Shown here: piece after piece, positions 46,901 to 59,749 of the stretch | How positions within the stretch are numbered: the stretch's first letter is position 1 | Layout of the letters: each line of letters starts with the position of its first letter | NCBI GenBank assembly: GCA_949358305.1 | Contig: OX442314.1 | Coordinates: 28,148,001 to 28,212,000, forward strand | Origin: Strigamia acuminata | Lineage: Eukaryota | Length of the DNA stretch: 64,000 bases | Reading direction: 5' to 3' | The notes under the pieces: model-generated | What the model was told of the DNA's origin: nothing | Database searches by the model: none | What the model saw: the letters and a program-made list of their open reading frames with translations, nothing else | Translations under genes and position numbers: made by a program

Positions 46901-49900
46901 CCCAGAAGCATTTGTTTGTCATTTTAAATTTAAGTATTATAAAGAATAACTACATTTAAAATTAAATCTGAATTCCAGCTTGACCTTTACACTTTCATGC
47001 CAGTTAAAAACAAAATTGTTGTTTTTGTGATCAATGAAACACGAAAAACTGGAAGTCTTAAAAGTGATCTAGATCTGCACTTATTTCAGGATCTCATCAT
47101 ATGGAGACAAAATAAAGTTTACTTACTGATACATTCTCATCACAATACTGTACGAGCGAATAATCTAAAAATATGCACAAAATGTTTATCTTGTTATGAA
47201 TTAACACAATAATGCTTACACTGTAGTGGATGGCAGATTCAGTCAACATTTTGACAAATTCGTCCTGATCACATGGGTCCAGTAATATGTCAGAACATAA
47301 ACAAAACCTGTGATGACGATAAATAATTCCACAAATACTTTAAACTCAAAATATATTATTTCAATTTCTAACAAGATTATAACATTCGGTATATTTGATC
47401 ATCATACTTTTATCTTTCTCTTTCTATACTGGGTCAAGTCTGATCCCCTCAAATATTTCCTGAGAAATTGCATCTAGGCCAACTTTGATGAAGCGATTGT
47501 ATAGGAAGTTGGGCGCGAGCAATCCAATGATGTCATCAAATTTGACCTTGAAGGCCATTTTCAAGGTCATTCACTTGCTAACTTCTAAACCAATCAGGTT
47601 AGAGCAAAATTTCCAATTACAAAGTTGTAGAGCACCATCAAATTAGTACTATCAAACTTATCTTAGTCATTTTAAGTTAAATGTTTTCTTTTTAAAAAGG
47701 AGACAAATCAGAAAAAAAAACCAGCAAAGTGAAATTTTTTATTCTTGTGATAAAATAATTATTGAGGCATTAAAACGATAGTGGTTTTTCTTGTTTACTT
47801 GCATAATAATGCACATTTGAATACATTTATTTAAGAAATTCATTACTTTTGCAGTAGAAATTTAATTTTTGTCACACTGGCAAGCTTTATTTCAGCTAAA
47901 CTGTTTTCATGTTAAAATGAAAACATTGAACTTAGGATGACTAAGATAAGTTGGATATACTAATTTGATGGTGCTCTACAACTTTGTAATTGACTTTTTT
48001 GCTCTAACCTGATTGGTTTAGAAGTTAGCAAGTGAATGACCTTGAAAATGGCCTTCAAGGTCAAATTTGATGACATCATTGGATTGCTCTCGCCCAACTT
48101 CTTGTACTACAATCGCTTAATCAAAGTTGCCTAGATGCAATTGCTCAGGAAATATTTGAGGGGATCAGACTTTTGACTCACCCTGTAGAAATAAAAACGT
48201 GTTTTTTGTTCATTATCTTTAATCTCCTAAAGTTCTTCACCGATTGCTTTGAAATTTGGACACAACATTGAGTTTGAATTGGGGAATGTTCGTATATACC
48301 TGTGATAACTGTGACAGGTTTTTGTACACCTGTGACAGATCAAAACGAGCTTTTTCAAAACAAACATGGCGGCCTTCGGTTCTAGCGCCATCTGTTGCTT
48401 GCTTCACGCCCTATTTACCAAACAATACACGAATTCACGGGATTTCCACGGGATTTATTTATTTCCACGAGATTTCCACGGTATTTCTTCGAGATTTATT
48501 TGCACAGGATTTCTACGGGATTTATTTGCACGGGATTTCCGCGGGATTTCCACAATTTATTTGCACGGGATTTCAATGGGATTTATTTGCACGTAATTTC
48601 CACGAGAATTATTTTCATGGGATTTCCACGGGATTTAAACGGAATTTACTTTCATGGGATTTATTTCCACGGGATTTATTTATGAACTACAGTAACGCGT
48701 GGCTGGGTACAGCTTGATAAAAATAAAATCACTGCCACTTTATTTTTATTTTATATTATAGAAGTCATTCTTAGTTGCATTGGAATACCGATTTGATGAG
48801 CAAATTTTTTTAAAAACAAACTTAGCCATTAATTGCTTAGAACAAATAAAATGTCAATTTGAAATAATTTCGCAGACAACATTATTGTTGAAAAAAGAAA
48901 ATTTCACTGTAGGACAGGTGAACTGATCATGTTATAACCTAGTACAGTCGGACCCGAGAAATTTGTAATGAAAGTTCGTTATAACAAACATCACCGACTG
49001 AAAAAAAATCAGTTTTATTATGAAAAACATTATTTACTCATACATATAGTAATTTTTTGTTTGAACTGATGTTTTCGTAGTACCGTCGAAACTCTTTATA
49101 ACGAATCGCAAGGGACCCGAAAAATCAATTCGTTATAACGAGAATTCGTTATATCGAAATTATTTAACATGGTGTTCTATGGCCAGCCAACCAAACCGGT
49201 CAATTTTAGATATTCGTTATATTGATAATTCGTTATATCGCCATTCGTTATAAAGAGTTTCGACTGTAATTTTTTTTTTTTTTAAATCTAAAATTTAATC
49301 AAAATTTTTATAATTTTTAAAAAGCTTTTCCACTTGTCCCTTAGCAGTCATTTTCAAATGGAAAATTTCACCAATACGAATTATTTTCCTCTCATTTTCT
49401 AAACACGGACATCAGTTGTGAGTCATGTGATCAATTTTCAAAATTCGTTACAACGAGCTTGTTTATAACGAATGATTCGTAATATCCAAATTTGTTATAT
49501 CAAATTTTTAAACATTGTTTTCTATGGCTGGCCATGGCCAACCAAGTCATTTTAAACAATTCGTTGAAACGAGGTTCGACTGTATTGCAAATGTCGGTAC
49601 TGCATTACCTTTCTGCAATTGTAATACATTTTTCTACTGCGTAGAATAAAGGCAAATTGTTACAAGAGACATTCATTCCAATTTACTATGAAATCCTAGA
49701 GGATGTTGTGAATAAATGGAGTAACTTTTGGTAAACAAAATTCATTCTAAACCATTTTTCACTAACTGACCAAACTTTAATATTTTTGTAGCTCAATAGT
49801 CATTTTTATAGATGAGAAAGTTGGAAACGTAGAAAGAAATCTGAAAAAAAAGTACATCAAATTTAATTATAAATCAAAAAGTTATGCTATGAAATAAGCT

Positions 49901-52900
49901 ATAACGATGCATTATCTCTATTATGTTGGGATATTTGATGTGGAAAATCACCACTTGATGTCATTAACTGTGTAGCTTGTGTAGTTTTTTTGCTTGTGTT
50001 TCCTGTGGTGACACCCACACCATATTTGGAGTGTACTTCCTCCCTTTGTAGTTTTTTCCATATTCATAACAAATGGTAGCAGAGAGGAAGGTTGAACAAT
50101 CATCAGCCACATTGAATTGATGAAAAACGGTATTGAGACCGAAAAACAAGAAGTTTTGAGTGGATTTGAGGCGACGGTTGAGAGCAACCACGAGGCGAAA
50201 ACCGAGAGTAACGACGCGCCATCTTGAAGTGCACGATACGAGACGACGAGAAACAGCTTTAACAAAGACTGTGAGCAACAATTCGATTCGAGGTGAATTA
50301 AACAATATTGAGATTGTGCCACAGAACCGAGACGGAAGAAAAAGTTGAACAATACGTGCAAATTGAGACGAAACCAACAAAGATGAGCGATACCGGTAAT
50401 TGGAGTCTGGCAAACATTGAGCCATTAAATGATGCGAATTATTTCCTATGGGAATCGAGAGTGGAGGGAGTCCTCAGGGCCAAGAAATTGTGGAAAGAAG
50501 TAATAGTTGGAGCCGAACCGCAGCGAGGAGTCCAAGGAGAAGCGGATTTTGACGCAAAAGAGAAAACTTGGAACGATTGGGACAATAAAAACGCGGCGGC
50601 CCACTTCACGATGATCAGTACAATGACTGCACCACAAGTCTTGAAGTACTCAAACACAAAAGGAGCAAAAGCACTTTGGGATCTGGTAAAAACCAATATG
50701 GCGGCAAAAACCCAAGAATTGCAAATGAGAAGTGCCTGCGAGTTGACACAGCTGAAGATGAACAGCAAGGAAGATGTAGACACCTACATGAACAGGGCAG
50801 AAGCGATAATCAACCGCTGTGCAAAACTTGGCAAAAATATTGATGACTACGAGAGCCAGTTTTACGTGACGAAGGGATTGCGGAGAGAATTTGACGCGAA
50901 TGTGCGCGCAATTGAAGTGCAGGCGAATTTAGACATGTCAAAAATCCGCAACATATTAAAAATGGAGGAAGGGCGAATTTCAACCCGAAAAGAAGACAAA
51001 AGCGCGACAACAAACGAAACCGCACTAAAGACGCGCGAGAGAGGACAAAAACCAAAGCGCACATGCTTCAACTGTGGCCGTGGAGGACATATGGCAAGAG
51101 AATGCTACAGTGAGGCAAAATGTTACAACTGCCAGGAGTTTGGCCACTTATCGAAAGATTGTTCGAAACCCAAAAAGGAATTTAGAAGTGGCGACTCAAA
51201 AGGACGTGGACGAGGCAGAGGCGGTCAGCGAGGTCGCGGTAGAGGAAAAAGCGAAATATCAATGATGGCGTACGAGGAAAAGCCTGAATTCACACTCATG
51301 ACGTGCGAAATGGATGAAAACACCAATGATGAAGAGACGAATGAAGAACCAAACGAAGAAAACGATTGGGTGTTGGATTCCGGAGCGACAAGCCACATGA
51401 CGGCGCTGGATGCAAAACATTTCGACACATTTGATGAAGATGAGAAAAATATCGGAATGGCGAAGAAGGGAAAAAGTATGAAGTCGATTGGAATGGGCGA
51501 GATTGTGCTCGAACACGACGGGAAAAATTCCAGATTGAAGAAAGTACTGTGTGTACCACAAATTGGTAGTAATTTGTTGTCAGTATCGAAAATAGTCGAT
51601 AATGGACTAAAAGTCATATTCTCCAAAACGAGCGCAACAATTGATGATGAAAATGGAGAACAAGTTATGATGGTGCCAAGAAAAGGAGACATGTTTGTGT
51701 TGAAGGCAAACATAAAAGAAAATGAGAAGTCTTATAAAGCGGAGGAAAAAGACAACAATTGGCACGTGAGATTGGGACATCTAAACTACAACACACTACG
51801 AGAAATGAAAAATGAAGAACTAGCATACGGCATAGAAATTAGCAGCAAAGGTGGCGCCGTGTGTGAACCATGCATCGCGGGAAAGATGAAAAAGTCGTCG
51901 CACAAATCGGTAACAGACCGACAGTCGTCCAGCATCATGGAGTTGTGGCACATTGATTTAATTGGACCAATTGGGCCCGAATCTCGAGGAGGTGCAAACT
52001 ATGTAATGACTGTAGTGGACGACTGGAGTAGGATGTTGATGATAAAAACATTAAACGCCAAAAGCGACGCGAGAGAGAAGTTGATAGAACTAATCACGTG
52101 CATGGAGAGACAAACTGATAAAAAGCTGAAGAAATTAAGGAGCGACAATGGCGGCGAGTTCTTGTCCAAGAGCATGAAAGAATGGACAACAAAAAGAGGC
52201 ATTGAACATCAGCTGACCACAGCATTTAATCCGGCCAGCAACGGCGTCGCAGAACGCGCAAACCAGACAATCTTGGAGATGTTGAGAGCAATATTGAAAG
52301 ATTGCAAACTGCCGAAGATTTTTTGGGCGGAGTGTGCATCGACAGTGGCGCACATCCGCAACCGGTGCAAATCCTCAGTTCATGGACGCACACCATTTGA
52401 GATATGGTTTGGGAGAAAACCAAATTTGAAATACTTGAGAAGATTTGGATGTGTAGCATATGTGCTAATTAAGGATCACAAACGAAAGAAATTGGATCCC
52501 AAAGCAGAGAAAGCAGTATTTATTGGATACTCAAACGTGAGAAAGGCGTACCGAATTTATCACCCGGAAAATGATTCAATAAGCGAAGAAATTGACGTGA
52601 AATTTGACGAGAGCAAACTTGGCGCAGATTTGCTGAATGGAGAAATCAAAGACGATGAAGAGATTGAGACAGTCAAAATCGATCTGAACTGCGAAGAAAA
52701 TGAAGACGAATCAGACGATGCCGAGGATGAAGAGCAAAACGAGATAAATGAGGAGGAAAATGAAGCCAATGAACCGGAAGATAACACGGAAGAAAACGAC
52801 ACTGAGGTCGAACGTGACGAACCACCACAGAGGGGGCGACCAGCAGGGGTGACCAGGGAAATGAAGTTGGTCGCCGATAAAGTGCAAAGAGAAGAACACG

Positions 52901-55900
52901 AGAAGAGACTGGTTGACCAGGGAGCGCGAAGATCAGAGAGAATTAAGGCGAAACAAATGGCATTACTAGTAGAAGAAATCTTAACGCCGAAAAATTTCCA
53001 CGAAGCAACAAACTCCCATCACGCGACAGACTGGAAGGCCGCGATGGATGACGAGATGAGCTCGATGAAGAAACATGGAGTGTGGAAAATTGGAAAATTG
53101 CCAAGAGGAAAGAAGGCGGTGAAATCCAAGTGGGTTTATAAAGTGAAGTTAAATTCCGAGGGGGAACCGGAAAGATTCCGAGCAAGACTAGTAGCCACTG
53201 GATACTCGCAGAAATTCGGGGACGATTACGAGCTGACCTTCGCCCCGGTTATCCGAATAGAGACTTTGAGAATGCTGATCAACGTAGCAGCAAAAATTAA
53301 CCGACCATTAAAACAACATGATGTCAAAGCCGCATATCTGCACGGCAAACTGAAAGAGACGATATTTATGATGCAGCCAGAAGGATATGTTGAAGGAGGA
53401 AAAGGACATGTGTGCCAACTAATCAAAAGCATCTATGGATTGAAACAGGCGGGAAGATGTTGGTTTGAGATGTTAGATAAAACATTGAAGAAAATTGGAT
53501 TCAAACCATCACCAGAAGACCCATGCCTTTATGTGATTTTTGTCGATGGCAACTTTATGTTCCTAGGCGTATACGTGGACGATGACTTATCTTTGGCATC
53601 TACAGACGAATTTGAGACAGAATTAATGTCAAGAATGAAGGAAGAAATTGAGTTCGTGAGCATAGGAAGACTGGAATACATCCTGGGAATCCAAGTTGAG
53701 TACGGGAATGAAAGAATCAGCATCCACCAAGGTGGATACATTAGAAGATTGGTGGAGAGCGAAGGATTGGAGGAATGCAATGCGGCAATAACACCAGTGA
53801 ACCCCAATCAAAACTTGGACGAATTTGACGAAAGCGAAAAAGTTGATGCAACACAGTACCAGGAACTGCTGGGCAAGATGATGTACCTTGCCACACACAC
53901 GAGACCAGACCTGAGTTTCCCGATGAGTTTGTTATCGCAGTATAACAAGGATCCACGAAAGATCCATTTTACAGCATTAAAGCGTGTGCTGAGATATTTG
54001 AAGGGGACGGTGGACTACAAGCTAAGCTACGGGAGAGAAGAGAGCCATATCCATGGTTACTCAGACGCGAGCTGGGACCGGACGGCAAACGCACGATCGT
54101 TTTCGGGATTTATTGCAATGGACGGGAATTCGATCATTAACTGGAAGTGCCAGAAACAAGCGATAGTCGCGATGTCGAGTACAGAGAGTGAGCTCTTGGC
54201 GCTGACCGAAGGAGTGCGCGAATTAATTTGGCTAAAGCAGCTCGCAATTGGACTGAATGGAGAAGTCGACGACGGAAATGCCACAACGATGCACTGTGAC
54301 AGTTTGAACGCAGTGAAACTGTTGCGAGGCGGTGCACAGAAGACGAGGACCAAGCACTTGAATCGAAAAGTGCATTTCATCAAGCAAGAGATCGAGGATG
54401 GAAACATTATCGTGGAACATGTCGCAAGCCAAGACATGTTAGCAGACTTTTTAACAAAGCCTTTAGCCGGACCTGCACTGAACGGAATACTAGAAGCATT
54501 AGGACTAAAGACTGTGGGGGAATAATGACTTTATTGTGTGCAGTGCTTAACTTTAATTTGAAGAATTGTTTTTATATAATTGTGTTTTTGAGAAGAGTTT
54601 TTGTGATGAAATCGAATTGTTGATTTTGGGGGAATTTGTTGGGATATTTGATGTGGAAAATCACCACTTGATGTCATTAACTGTGTAGCTTGTGTAGTTT
54701 TTTTGCTTGTGTTTCCTGTGGTGACACCCACACCATATTTGGAGTGTACTTCCTCCCTTTGTAGTTACTCTTTCACTTGATGTAGAACAGTGAGGTTGCT
54801 CTAACCTTGTATTAAACTTCAACCGTTTTTTCCATATTCATAACATATTATTTATTAGACATATGATGTCAAAACAGCGGGCTGTTTTATGACTCCAGAA
54901 CGTACGCTCAGTTTTGACTTCGTAGTCCTTCCTGTCAAATCAAGCACACTTGGATTAGTCATGCGACAAGACAGCAACATCAAAAATTATTTGTGGATGA
55001 CATTTTTCAAACCATTTCCCTTATCTGTTTGGTTATGTATTTCAGTGACATGCGTGTTCATTGAACTCTCTCTCGCTTTGATAAGCAAATACAAGAAACA
55101 CCCAGCTTCAACTTCAGGTAATAACTCTTTAATAAATGTGTTAATCAATTCTCAGCTCATTTTTTTAATTCCTCAAAGCTTATACAATTACTGGAACGAG
55201 AAACATCTTTCTTTGGCTAATTCTGGCAAGCTACAGTGTGGTATTGTACGCATCACTCACTGTTACAACATCACGGCCTCGATACAACAACATACAAGAC
55301 GTATTGGAAGACGAAATAAACTTATACGCCTTTGGTAGTTACGGTCCTTACACGGTCATTAAGGTAATGCATGAAAAAAATGAGATGACAAGTTCTTGTT
55401 AGTGACATGGTAACATGACGTCATGAAAATAATGAGATTCTGCTCGACATCAACAAGTCCTGCGGTTGAAACGTTTTAGTGTTGCATAAAAAGACTATCT
55501 GTTTGCTTCTTCTACAAAGTGCATTATTTCAGAAATTAATCATTTTTGCCGCTGAGAAGTGCACTTTTGAGCCTTAAAAAAAACAGTTTATTGATTTCTG
55601 CATAAAAAGTGCATTCTTATAAAAATTATAAAAATATTATCTACAGCTACGCAATATTTGTAGAAACGGTCATGTTTGCCAGGGCAATGTAAATTTAGGT
55701 CCGTCTATTGCCAGAAAAGATGGCTGCATATTAGTTATGAACCAAGCTTCTAATGAATTTTTATTTCATTGGCAGAATGCAAAAACAAATCTTACACGGG
55801 ATATTTGGCACAAGATGGGAAAAAACAGCAGGAAAGGAAACATTTCGACGAAAGAAGCTCCACAACTGCTTTTACATAATTACAATGCCATCATTCATAC

Positions 55901-56333
55901 GTACTATTCTCTGAAACGTAAATACGAATCAAACTGCACGTTCAGTTTTATAAAAATCCCGATCACCACGGCTTCTTACTACATGTTTAATAAAAAATCA
56001 AAATATGTAGACTTATTTAATCAGAAGTAAGTATTCGGACGAGCAAATTTACAACGATTTTAAAATTAAACTCCCGGAATTCATTTCAGTATTTTGAAAT
56101 TAAAAGAAAGAGGAATCATAAAGAAACTTAACGACCAGTACAAAACAACAACCATCTGCGAAACAACAAATTACGACCAAAAACCCATTTCTATTTATCA
56201 CACAATCACGGCATTTCTGATTCCCATTGGAGGAGTTTTCGGGTCAGTCGTGGCATTGCTCGTTGAATTTATTTTTAGGAGCAATATTCAATGTGGCGGC
56301 TGTGTAAACAAAACCACCTCATCAGCATTGTAG
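31971..56333 (+). CDS. IR-C: divergent ionotropic receptor with TE-inflated introns (possibly a pseudogene)
   Basis: Exons from [15 protein letters not shown] (31971) through ~32406, 32581, ~46979, ~48762, ~49644, ~49792, ~54859-55117 (M1), 55179-~55363 (M3), ~55776-56026 (S2), ~56090-56333 (M4). An A8 run at ~49850 (A9 in paralogues) implies a frameshift or a sequencing error. Confidence 0.8.
32113..32377. mobile_element. MITE in intron 1, shared by IR-C and IR-D
   Basis: CAGTTGTGTTCAAA...TTTAACACGACTG with long imperfect TIRs. The paralogous copy is 61430-61671; the site is empty in IR-B. Confidence 0.8.
33429..39840 (+). mobile_element. Full-length BEL/Pao LTR retrotransposon
   Basis: 541-bp LTRs at 33429-33969 and 39300-39840, with no difference seen. 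TSD TGGGT. PBS TGGTGCCGAAACCCGGGA (tRNA-Phe type). Confidence 0.97.
34025..39304 (+). CDS. BEL/Pao Gag-Pol polyprotein (1759 aa)
   Basis: IPKFDG..W..FW, three Cys/His knuckles, protease [30 protein letters not shown]...[16 protein letters not shown], integrase [20 protein letters not shown]. Confidence 0.97.
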   Translation: MVRVFELKNRAFRAAILVTETLLTTITTALTGRAAIPQATIELWMQQLEQKHKRAQTTFDATLDQAKSDQEIDTTVQALDALEDRLAAARAELTRYIQAYFPPVPPQNLQADADAQPATNIDALAAAITAAVSAATPRVTPTNGQPFIKRKPLEIPKFDGRKPEEWGGFWKTFSIQVGDDEQLDATHKLLHLRTYLVGDALDDIKALEITAGNYNIAVTRLQKKYGDKIVLENKYLSNLINLPLVNSDRDRMGLQKLHRHVEINIENLANIEVPLAEIQRTIFPVLSSAIPRNVIMEYDKDCDGERSVTRLMDWLSSYIAKHAKYDMMKSQTKPDATTNKSSSTDNAHNNKGKFKRKEKEPRSGSASQLSLIIIKCQFCDSAEHNRKRCPLSMEERRKRLQKKGICLRCLGKAPHKTEECRTRMKCYSCEGAHHTHVCDTPKSTEVVEGVTHSNSVVTTCPPKSEFLMVQMVKMAGPKLSTLGVCYIDGGAQRTFIRSELVKKLNLKILGTETINLAVFGQEPRSEIRNRVELILSPANSKSPAVTIEAIETAHVTSTPGEQPNGQLRAELQRRKIEVACKQVALHSKEVDLLIGVDHYWRVMTGQTEFLEENLIAVKTKFGWTLHGQTTNGTRVIAAPVRINKITLTPSTDDLLRRMWELESIGVRHESVETDDDAETLQKFEKTIKWTGSKYSVELPWIVDTNQLDDNYRGAEQRIMSLIRRFRKQPNLYLEYKKVIDEQLKMGIVEEIPNQTSTGPVYYMPHSPVIKEERVTTKLRVVFDASSHRKGYLSLNDCLSKGINFLPSLIFILLGFRLGRVAMIGDIKKAFHMIEIALKDRDATRFFWIDECWDGIGKALLKVLRQTRVLFGATPSPFLLSATIRHHLRKYEKKYPETVKLLLRCLYVDDFISSLKTVAQALMTFRQSNLIFAAAGMELAKWQTNSPELRTEFREECPSDATLTSNEDTKVLGIRWNPNLDELGLAVVETCPPSKKTTKREVIKITAQIFDPLGFATPFTVTARMFFQSLWLRNLPWDDELDNELRADWKKWTDQIPTLRKIQIPRWLGQDEFDQCEVHIFCDASPKAYGAVAYIQNSNGDLIETNFILSKCRVAPVKPLTLPRLELMGALVAVRLSDQIKELMTPGEIFFWTDSQICLHWIKNTSKRPPTFVHNRVLEIREKSKIEEWRHVPGVENPADRLTRGMDAEALITEQLWWQGPDWLRGSRRDWPNLPTEPVEEDDETTETHVEAVQTAVTNIFPFARFGSFSKAIRTLAWVYRFADNAGKRQTDASQRGRGPLTAAEIKRAKFSLIRIAQSDAYGQEINQLRDGRQIQRDSKLRDVNTQLNEMGLIELQTRLQKSRDLYTAVQPLILPPNHKLTKLILQHSHLQVLHCGLTATLSKFRELYWTPSARRTLKSILDKCVVCKKIQGRLMREVPGPLPADRTTKCQPFAVTGVDFAGPIIIKGRTTKAYIALFTCATIRAVHLELVPSLSTTDFLGAFERFISRRGLPKTMYSDNGSTFHRAHLELSSLLRSTKDEAFQNYLAQKGIEWKFIVENAPWWGGFWERMVQTVKRCLKKVIGSAHLNFYQFGTFLAQTEAVINRRPITYVYEKPSEAEPLTPAHFLTGIMQTHLPDSGSTEILEPTQKEFVRQWQYQQRMLSTFWSRWSREYLKDLKVQTGKSDKRELQIDDVVIIEEQFKPRLKWKMGRVVEVRRGRDDKVRSCELVLADGGKLRRPVQRLVRLEVGSDIPSPPAV
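40248..41193. mobile_element. Pack-type TIR element with an 8-bp TSD
   Basis: GGTTCCCG at 40240-40247 and 41194-41201. Ends GGGGTTTCTTCATTTCGTCGCC / GGCGACGAAATGAAGTGACCTC, with multiple GGCGACGAAATGA subterminal repeats. Confidence 0.85.
40445..41026 (+). pseudogene. CPSF2: Captured fragment of CPSF100/CPSF2
   Basis: [42 protein letters not shown] ... ERHLNG...RRPLSLITD...[18 protein letters not shown]...[22 protein letters not shown]...PGPKVVLA. Contains stops and an internal deletion. Confidence 0.92.
41731..41950. repeat. Minisatellite: 22-bp TTTTTAAACTTCAAAATTTGAC grading into 21-bp TTACACTTCAAAGTTTTGAAT
   Basis: Read directly. Confidence 0.9.
42025..42535. repeat. Foldback with ~245-bp inverted arms and a short AT-rich spacer
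   Basis: For example CATTGCTGCAAAAGGGCTCATCTTTGC vs GCAAAGATGAGCCCTTTTGCAGCAATG. Confidence 0.88.
42661..42833. repeat. 27-bp tandem repeat ATTGGAAACGTGATATTGAAATTCGCC (about 6 copies)
   Basis: Read directly. It produces the spurious repetitive ORFs in the track. Confidence 0.92.
42830..43600. repeat. Inverted-repeat block within the Mutator-like end
   Basis: CCAATTCCTAAGAA...CCTTACTGGTTTTT...AAACCATTTTT is mirrored at ~43425-43530. Confidence 0.8.
44148..44565. mobile_element. MITE with TACTCT...AGAGTA termini
   Basis: ~48-bp TIRs with TA duplication. Confidence 0.9.
44807..45230. mobile_element. hAT (Charlie-like) MITE
   Basis: CAGCGTTTCCCAAAC / GTTTGGGAAATCCTG with a perfect 8-bp TSD CCTTAGAA. 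Confidence 0.9.
45521..45938. mobile_element. MITE with TACTCT termini, interior homologous to 10639-11487
   Basis: TACTCTTGTTCGACTCAAA / TTTGAGTCGACCAAGAGTA. Confidence 0.85.
46065..46828. mobile_element. Tc1/mariner-type MITE
   Basis: CAGGGTGTCCCAAAAGTC / GACTTTTGGGACACCCTG with TA duplication. Confidence 0.9.
47413..48716 (+). mobile_element. Non-autonomous Helitron-like element with an internal minisatellite (48435-48680)
   Basis: Absent in IR-B and IR-D. 5' A|TC; 3' GC-rich AACGCGTGGCTGGGTACAGCTTG (degenerate CTAG end); no TSD. Confidence 0.55.
47429..48185. mobile_element. Tc1/mariner-type MITE
   Basis: ~250-bp TIRs (AGTCTGATCCCCTCAAATATTTCCTGAG) with TA flanks. Confidence 0.88.
49083..49266. 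mobile_element. Small Tigger-like MITE nested in a related MITE
   Basis: TA-CCGTCGAAACTCTTTATAACGAA / TTCGTTATAAAGAGTTTCGACTG-TA. Confidence 0.88.
49924..54845 (+). mobile_element. Full-length Ty1/copia element (copia C)
   Basis: LTRs at 49924-50071 and 54637-54845, TSD TATTA, PBS TGGTAGCAGAG (initiator tRNA-Met type), PPT GGGGGAA. Confidence 0.97.
50383..54525 (+). CDS. Copia Gag-Pol polyprotein, uninterrupted
   Basis: Two CCHC knuckles, [43 protein letters not shown]. No MBD. Confidence 0.97.
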   Translation: MSDTGNWSLANIEPLNDANYFLWESRVEGVLRAKKLWKEVIVGAEPQRGVQGEADFDAKEKTWNDWDNKNAAAHFTMISTMTAPQVLKYSNTKGAKALWDLVKTNMAAKTQELQMRSACELTQLKMNSKEDVDTYMNRAEAIINRCAKLGKNIDDYESQFYVTKGLRREFDANVRAIEVQANLDMSKIRNILKMEEGRISTRKEDKSATTNETALKTRERGQKPKRTCFNCGRGGHMARECYSEAKCYNCQEFGHLSKDCSKPKKEFRSGDSKGRGRGRGGQRGRGRGKSEISMMAYEEKPEFTLMTCEMDENTNDEETNEEPNEENDWVLDSGATSHMTALDAKHFDTFDEDEKNIGMAKKGKSMKSIGMGEIVLEHDGKNSRLKKVLCVPQIGSNLLSVSKIVDNGLKVIFSKTSATIDDENGEQVMMVPRKGDMFVLKANIKENEKSYKAEEKDNNWHVRLGHLNYNTLREMKNEELAYGIEISSKGGAVCEPCIAGKMKKSSHKSVTDRQSSSIMELWHIDLIGPIGPESRGGANYVMTVVDDWSRMLMIKTLNAKSDAREKLIELITCMERQTDKKLKKLRSDNGGEFLSKSMKEWTTKRGIEHQLTTAFNPASNGVAERANQTILEMLRAILKDCKLPKIFWAECASTVAHIRNRCKSSVHGRTPFEIWFGRKPNLKYLRRFGCVAYVLIKDHKRKKLDPKAEKAVFIGYSNVRKAYRIYHPENDSISEEIDVKFDESKLGADLLNGEIKDDEEIETVKIDLNCEENEDESDDAEDEEQNEINEEENEANEPEDNTEENDTEVERDEPPQRGRPAGVTREMKLVADKVQREEHEKRLVDQGARRSERIKAKQMALLVEEILTPKNFHEATNSHHATDWKAAMDDEMSSMKKHGVWKIGKLPRGKKAVKSKWVYKVKLNSEGEPERFRARLVATGYSQKFGDDYELTFAPVIRIETLRMLINVAAKINRPLKQHDVKAAYLHGKLKETIFMMQPEGYVEGGKGHVCQLIKSIYGLKQAGRCWFEMLDKTLKKIGFKPSPEDPCLYVIFVDGNFMFLGVYVDDDLSLASTDEFETELMSRMKEEIEFVSIGRLEYILGIQVEYGNERISIHQGGYIRRLVESEGLEECNAAITPVNPNQNLDEFDESEKVDATQYQELLGKMMYLATHTRPDLSFPMSLLSQYNKDPRKIHFTALKRVLRYLKGTVDYKLSYGREESHIHGYSDASWDRTANARSFSGFIAMDGNSIINWKCQKQAIVAMSSTESELLALTEGVRELIWLKQLAIGLNGEVDDGNATTMHCDSLNAVKLLRGGAQKTRTKHLNRKVHFIKQEIEDGNIIVEHVASQDMLADFLTKPLAGPALNGILEALGLKTVGE

Positions 56334-56546
56334 TACACAACCAGGTCCGGCATTGAAAAAATCTTTACAACATGAAAATTCAACAGTATTTACAGTTCCA
56401 GACCGGGACACATTTACCGATTTACCATTGACTCGCACCCTACTAACACTATTGTACAGCTGCCAAGAACGAATAAAATTGAAACACAAACCAATTTACT
56501 TACGAATTACGATTCTCTTTTGCTTCTCATCCAAACGGCCAAAATT

Positions 56547-57875
56547 TGCGGTGGCCGGTGGTCACCGCGAGGAAATTTTAGTTTATTATTTTTAAATTTT
56601 TCTTTACGGAAGTTGAGCCGTTTTATTTGTATTTAATAAAGGAAAAAATTTATATTAAAAGTGTTTTTATTTCTTTGAAAATAATAAAAAAGTTTAATAT
56701 ATTCGTTTGTGGAACAAGAGCCCAAAAATAATTTTAGTGAAATAAACTAAAATTATGGAAAAACTTTTATTTTTGAGGAAGGAAAAGCTTTGCATTTTTT
56801 AAAGAACCATAAAAATATAAGAAGTTTAAGTTTTGGCGAATTTCCTGTTTAATCAGATAAAAAATAGGGAAAGTTTAGTTTTTGTGCCTCGTTACCAGGG
56901 TGACGGGCCGGGAGGAAAAGTGGGTGGCAGGAAGCATTTCCTGTCACCAGGCAAGAAATGCTCACTTTTCCTCAGTCTGGATTTTATTTTTGAGGAAAAC
57001 ACATCACAACAAACTTGGCAAAATTGGATATATTTTAGCAGAGTTTTGTGATAAATTTCCCAGTATTTTGGACTCACTTTTCTTGTGTCAGAAACACAGT
57101 TTTGACATGAGATATTTCTTGCTGCTTTGATCAGAGAGCAGTGGGATTTCAGTGAGAGTGTTCTTGCTGTTTCACCAAGGAGACAGTGGGATTTATCATT
57201 CTTGCTATTGTGCACTCACAATAGCGGGATTTCATCGAGGATTATTTGAAGAAGCAGTTGGAGAAAACACTGTGAAAATCCAGTGTTAGTGAGAACCGGA
57301 ATCTGAGCCGGACATTCTCACGTGTAGCGGAGAAAATACGGATTTTAAGCCGTCGATTGGATAGGAGAAGTTCTTTGAGGAGAAATAGGATTTAACTACG
57401 ATTGCGGTGAGTCGAGAATTACGTCGGAATTTCGTACGAGTTGAACGAGGACGAGACGTCGCCATTTGCAGACAACAATCGGCGAGACGACGCCAGTTTC
57501 ACCGAGCGCGAACGACGACAACAAGCCATTGTCGCCGTCGATTCTACATCTATTATTATTTTCCTTATTTCTTCCTTTCGTAATTTAAGTTTAAATAGTT
57601 TTGTATAATTTTAATATTCCTTTTTCTTGTGTTATGTATATCTAATAATATTAAATATCCGTTTAAGCATATTAATTGATAGTTGCTTTATTAGAGAGAG
57701 ATTTAAGAGGGAAATAAATTGATTAGCTATTCGTATGAATTAGTGAATCAATTTAGGGTAAGATTTTTAGAAGTAATTTAGAGAATAGATATAAGTCCAC
57801 AGTTTTGGCATTCAAAAGTAGTCTTGGGTTGTGTTTATTGATTAATTTTAATAAAGTAGATTCAGGATTACTACA
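56547..57875. mobile_element. Solo LTR (1329 bp, probably gypsy-type)
   Basis: TG...CA ends and a 4-bp TSD AATT. The empty site CCAAAATTGTGGTG is at ~15167. Confidence 0.8.
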
Positions 57876-58194
57876 AATTGTGGTGTCTTTGATATTTTTG
57901 TGTCTCGCACTTTGACGTTTCCCGCTTGATACCGGTGTTTCTGTAATTTAAATATCGTAATTTAATATTCTTGAATTAAAATGGAAATTCACCAAAATGT
58001 TACCGGACTGTGTTGTTTCTTGTCAAGACGATTCTATGGATAAACCACTGATCTTATTTCTTCGCTATTTTACGGCGAACGCTGTGATTTATTAATTTGT
58101 GGCGAACGGTTGATTTGGTTGACTCAATTATATTGATGGTTTGATTTTGTTCCGGCTGCAGAATGTTTAAGGTCCGTCAAAAAGTTTTTTAAAG

Positions 58195-59184
58195 GCTTTT
58201 ATTTAACTTGACTTGAACGTTTGTTTGTGTCAACGTCCGGTCACGTGACTTGTAATGTAATGTTTCAACTTCCGGTACTTCCGGTTTGTGTAATGTCCAC
58301 AAAAAATGAATTAAAAAATTAATCATAAGATTGGAAAATAGACTTTTCTGGTGCAGTTTTTGGTCTGCTTTCCAATTATAATGATAAAATTTGTATTAAA
58401 AGTAGTTAAAAGGGAGAAAAAGCTAAATTACGGCGAAATGTAACGGAAAACAGCGCCACCTGGCGAATCCCGTAAGCAATAATAGAGGCAGAAATGTTCG
58501 TTGCAAACCGAAAAATGCTCTTTTCTCTCTCGAAATGAGATTTGTAAATTTTGAAACCAGTCTCATTCAACTGGAAATCAAAATCTTCACCTGCCTGTAT
58601 CTTTTATTTTTCAATTTGATCAAGAAAAAGTACCGTTATGATCCACCAAAGTCGGCGACTGCATGGCAAATTTGGTGGAAAATTTGAAAAAGACTAATTT
58701 TTAAAACTGAACAATTTGAATGTTTAAATAAGGTTTCATACGTGTAATTTACCGCTGAAAACAATGGCGTCATTAGCTTTTGGATTAAATGTAGTTACAA
58801 GTAAATATAAAAAACCAAGTTTTTGAAAAAGGCTTTTATATTGGTGTTCAAATCGCCGCCAGAGTGCGCTATTACCGCAGATTGTTTCGTGATTGCCGTG
58901 ATCGTGCCAAAAAACCTTCAACAAAGTACTTTTTCTAAATAATATTAAAAAACAAAATATATAGGCAGAGAGGAATTTTTGTTTTAACCAGGTTTGGCTT
59001 GGTTTCAAAATTTTTAGAATCTTTTTTAGTATCGAAAACATCAAAATTCGTATGGGCGAACATTCTGGCATCCATTAAAGGACACGGGTTCCGCCAGGTG
59101 GCGCTGCGGTTTGAAAAGTTACTTTTCAGGTCACGTGACCAAACGTTGAACCACACACACACACAACGTTCAAGTCAAGTTAAA
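58195..59184. mobile_element. TIR element, right end truncated
   Basis: TAACTTGACTTGAACGTT...GGTCACGTGAC mirrored at 59129-59182. Confidence 0.8.
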
Positions 59185-59749
59185 AGAAACAGGAGTCATA
59201 AAGAAACTGGCCGATAAGTACAAAACAACCTTCTGCAAAACAACAAATTATGACCAAAAACCCATTTCTATTCATCACACAATCACGGCATTCGTAATTG
59301 TCATTGGAGGAGTTTTGGTTTCTGCAATAACATTTCTCATAGAATTTCTTTCGTACAAACTTTTAATCTGGCACCATGCAAACATAATAGACTTGCTGCG
59401 TCTACCCACATTAGCAAATATAATTACATATCAATATAACTACCATTCCACTTCATTGAAATCACGGATTATCTTGGAATTTCAAAACAGCAAAGATCAA
59501 GATCAATTAGCAACAAGCGAGCCCGATTATCCTACTGACACGTTTTGTCAAGAGGGACCGGTAGCGCCCCCCTCAACCCCCACAAACCTAACCTTATAAA
59601 AAAACAAAAAAAAAAACCACAAACCTAACCTTATAAAAAACTTCCGTATTGTCATTGGAGGAGTTTTCGGGTCCGTCATGGCATTACTTGTTGAATTTAT
59701 TTTTAAGACCAATTTTCAATGTGGCGGCTGTGTAAACAAATCCACCTAA
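59178..59749 (+). pseudogene. IR-E remnant: long-tail terminal exon plus a partial canonical terminal exon
   Basis: Near copy of 29119-29799 with deletions. Confidence 0.85.

Larger units (their letters stand above)
43909..46905. mobile_element. CCGGGTGGCCC-family MITE containing four nested MITEs
   Basis: Same site as 62152-63080 in IR-D, which lacks the nested inserts. Internal ~10-bp AAAATCTTGC repeats. Confidence 0.8.

Noticed and set aside
48256..48717. Overlapping 76-153 aa ORFs
   Set aside because: Products of a GGGATTT-rich minisatellite.
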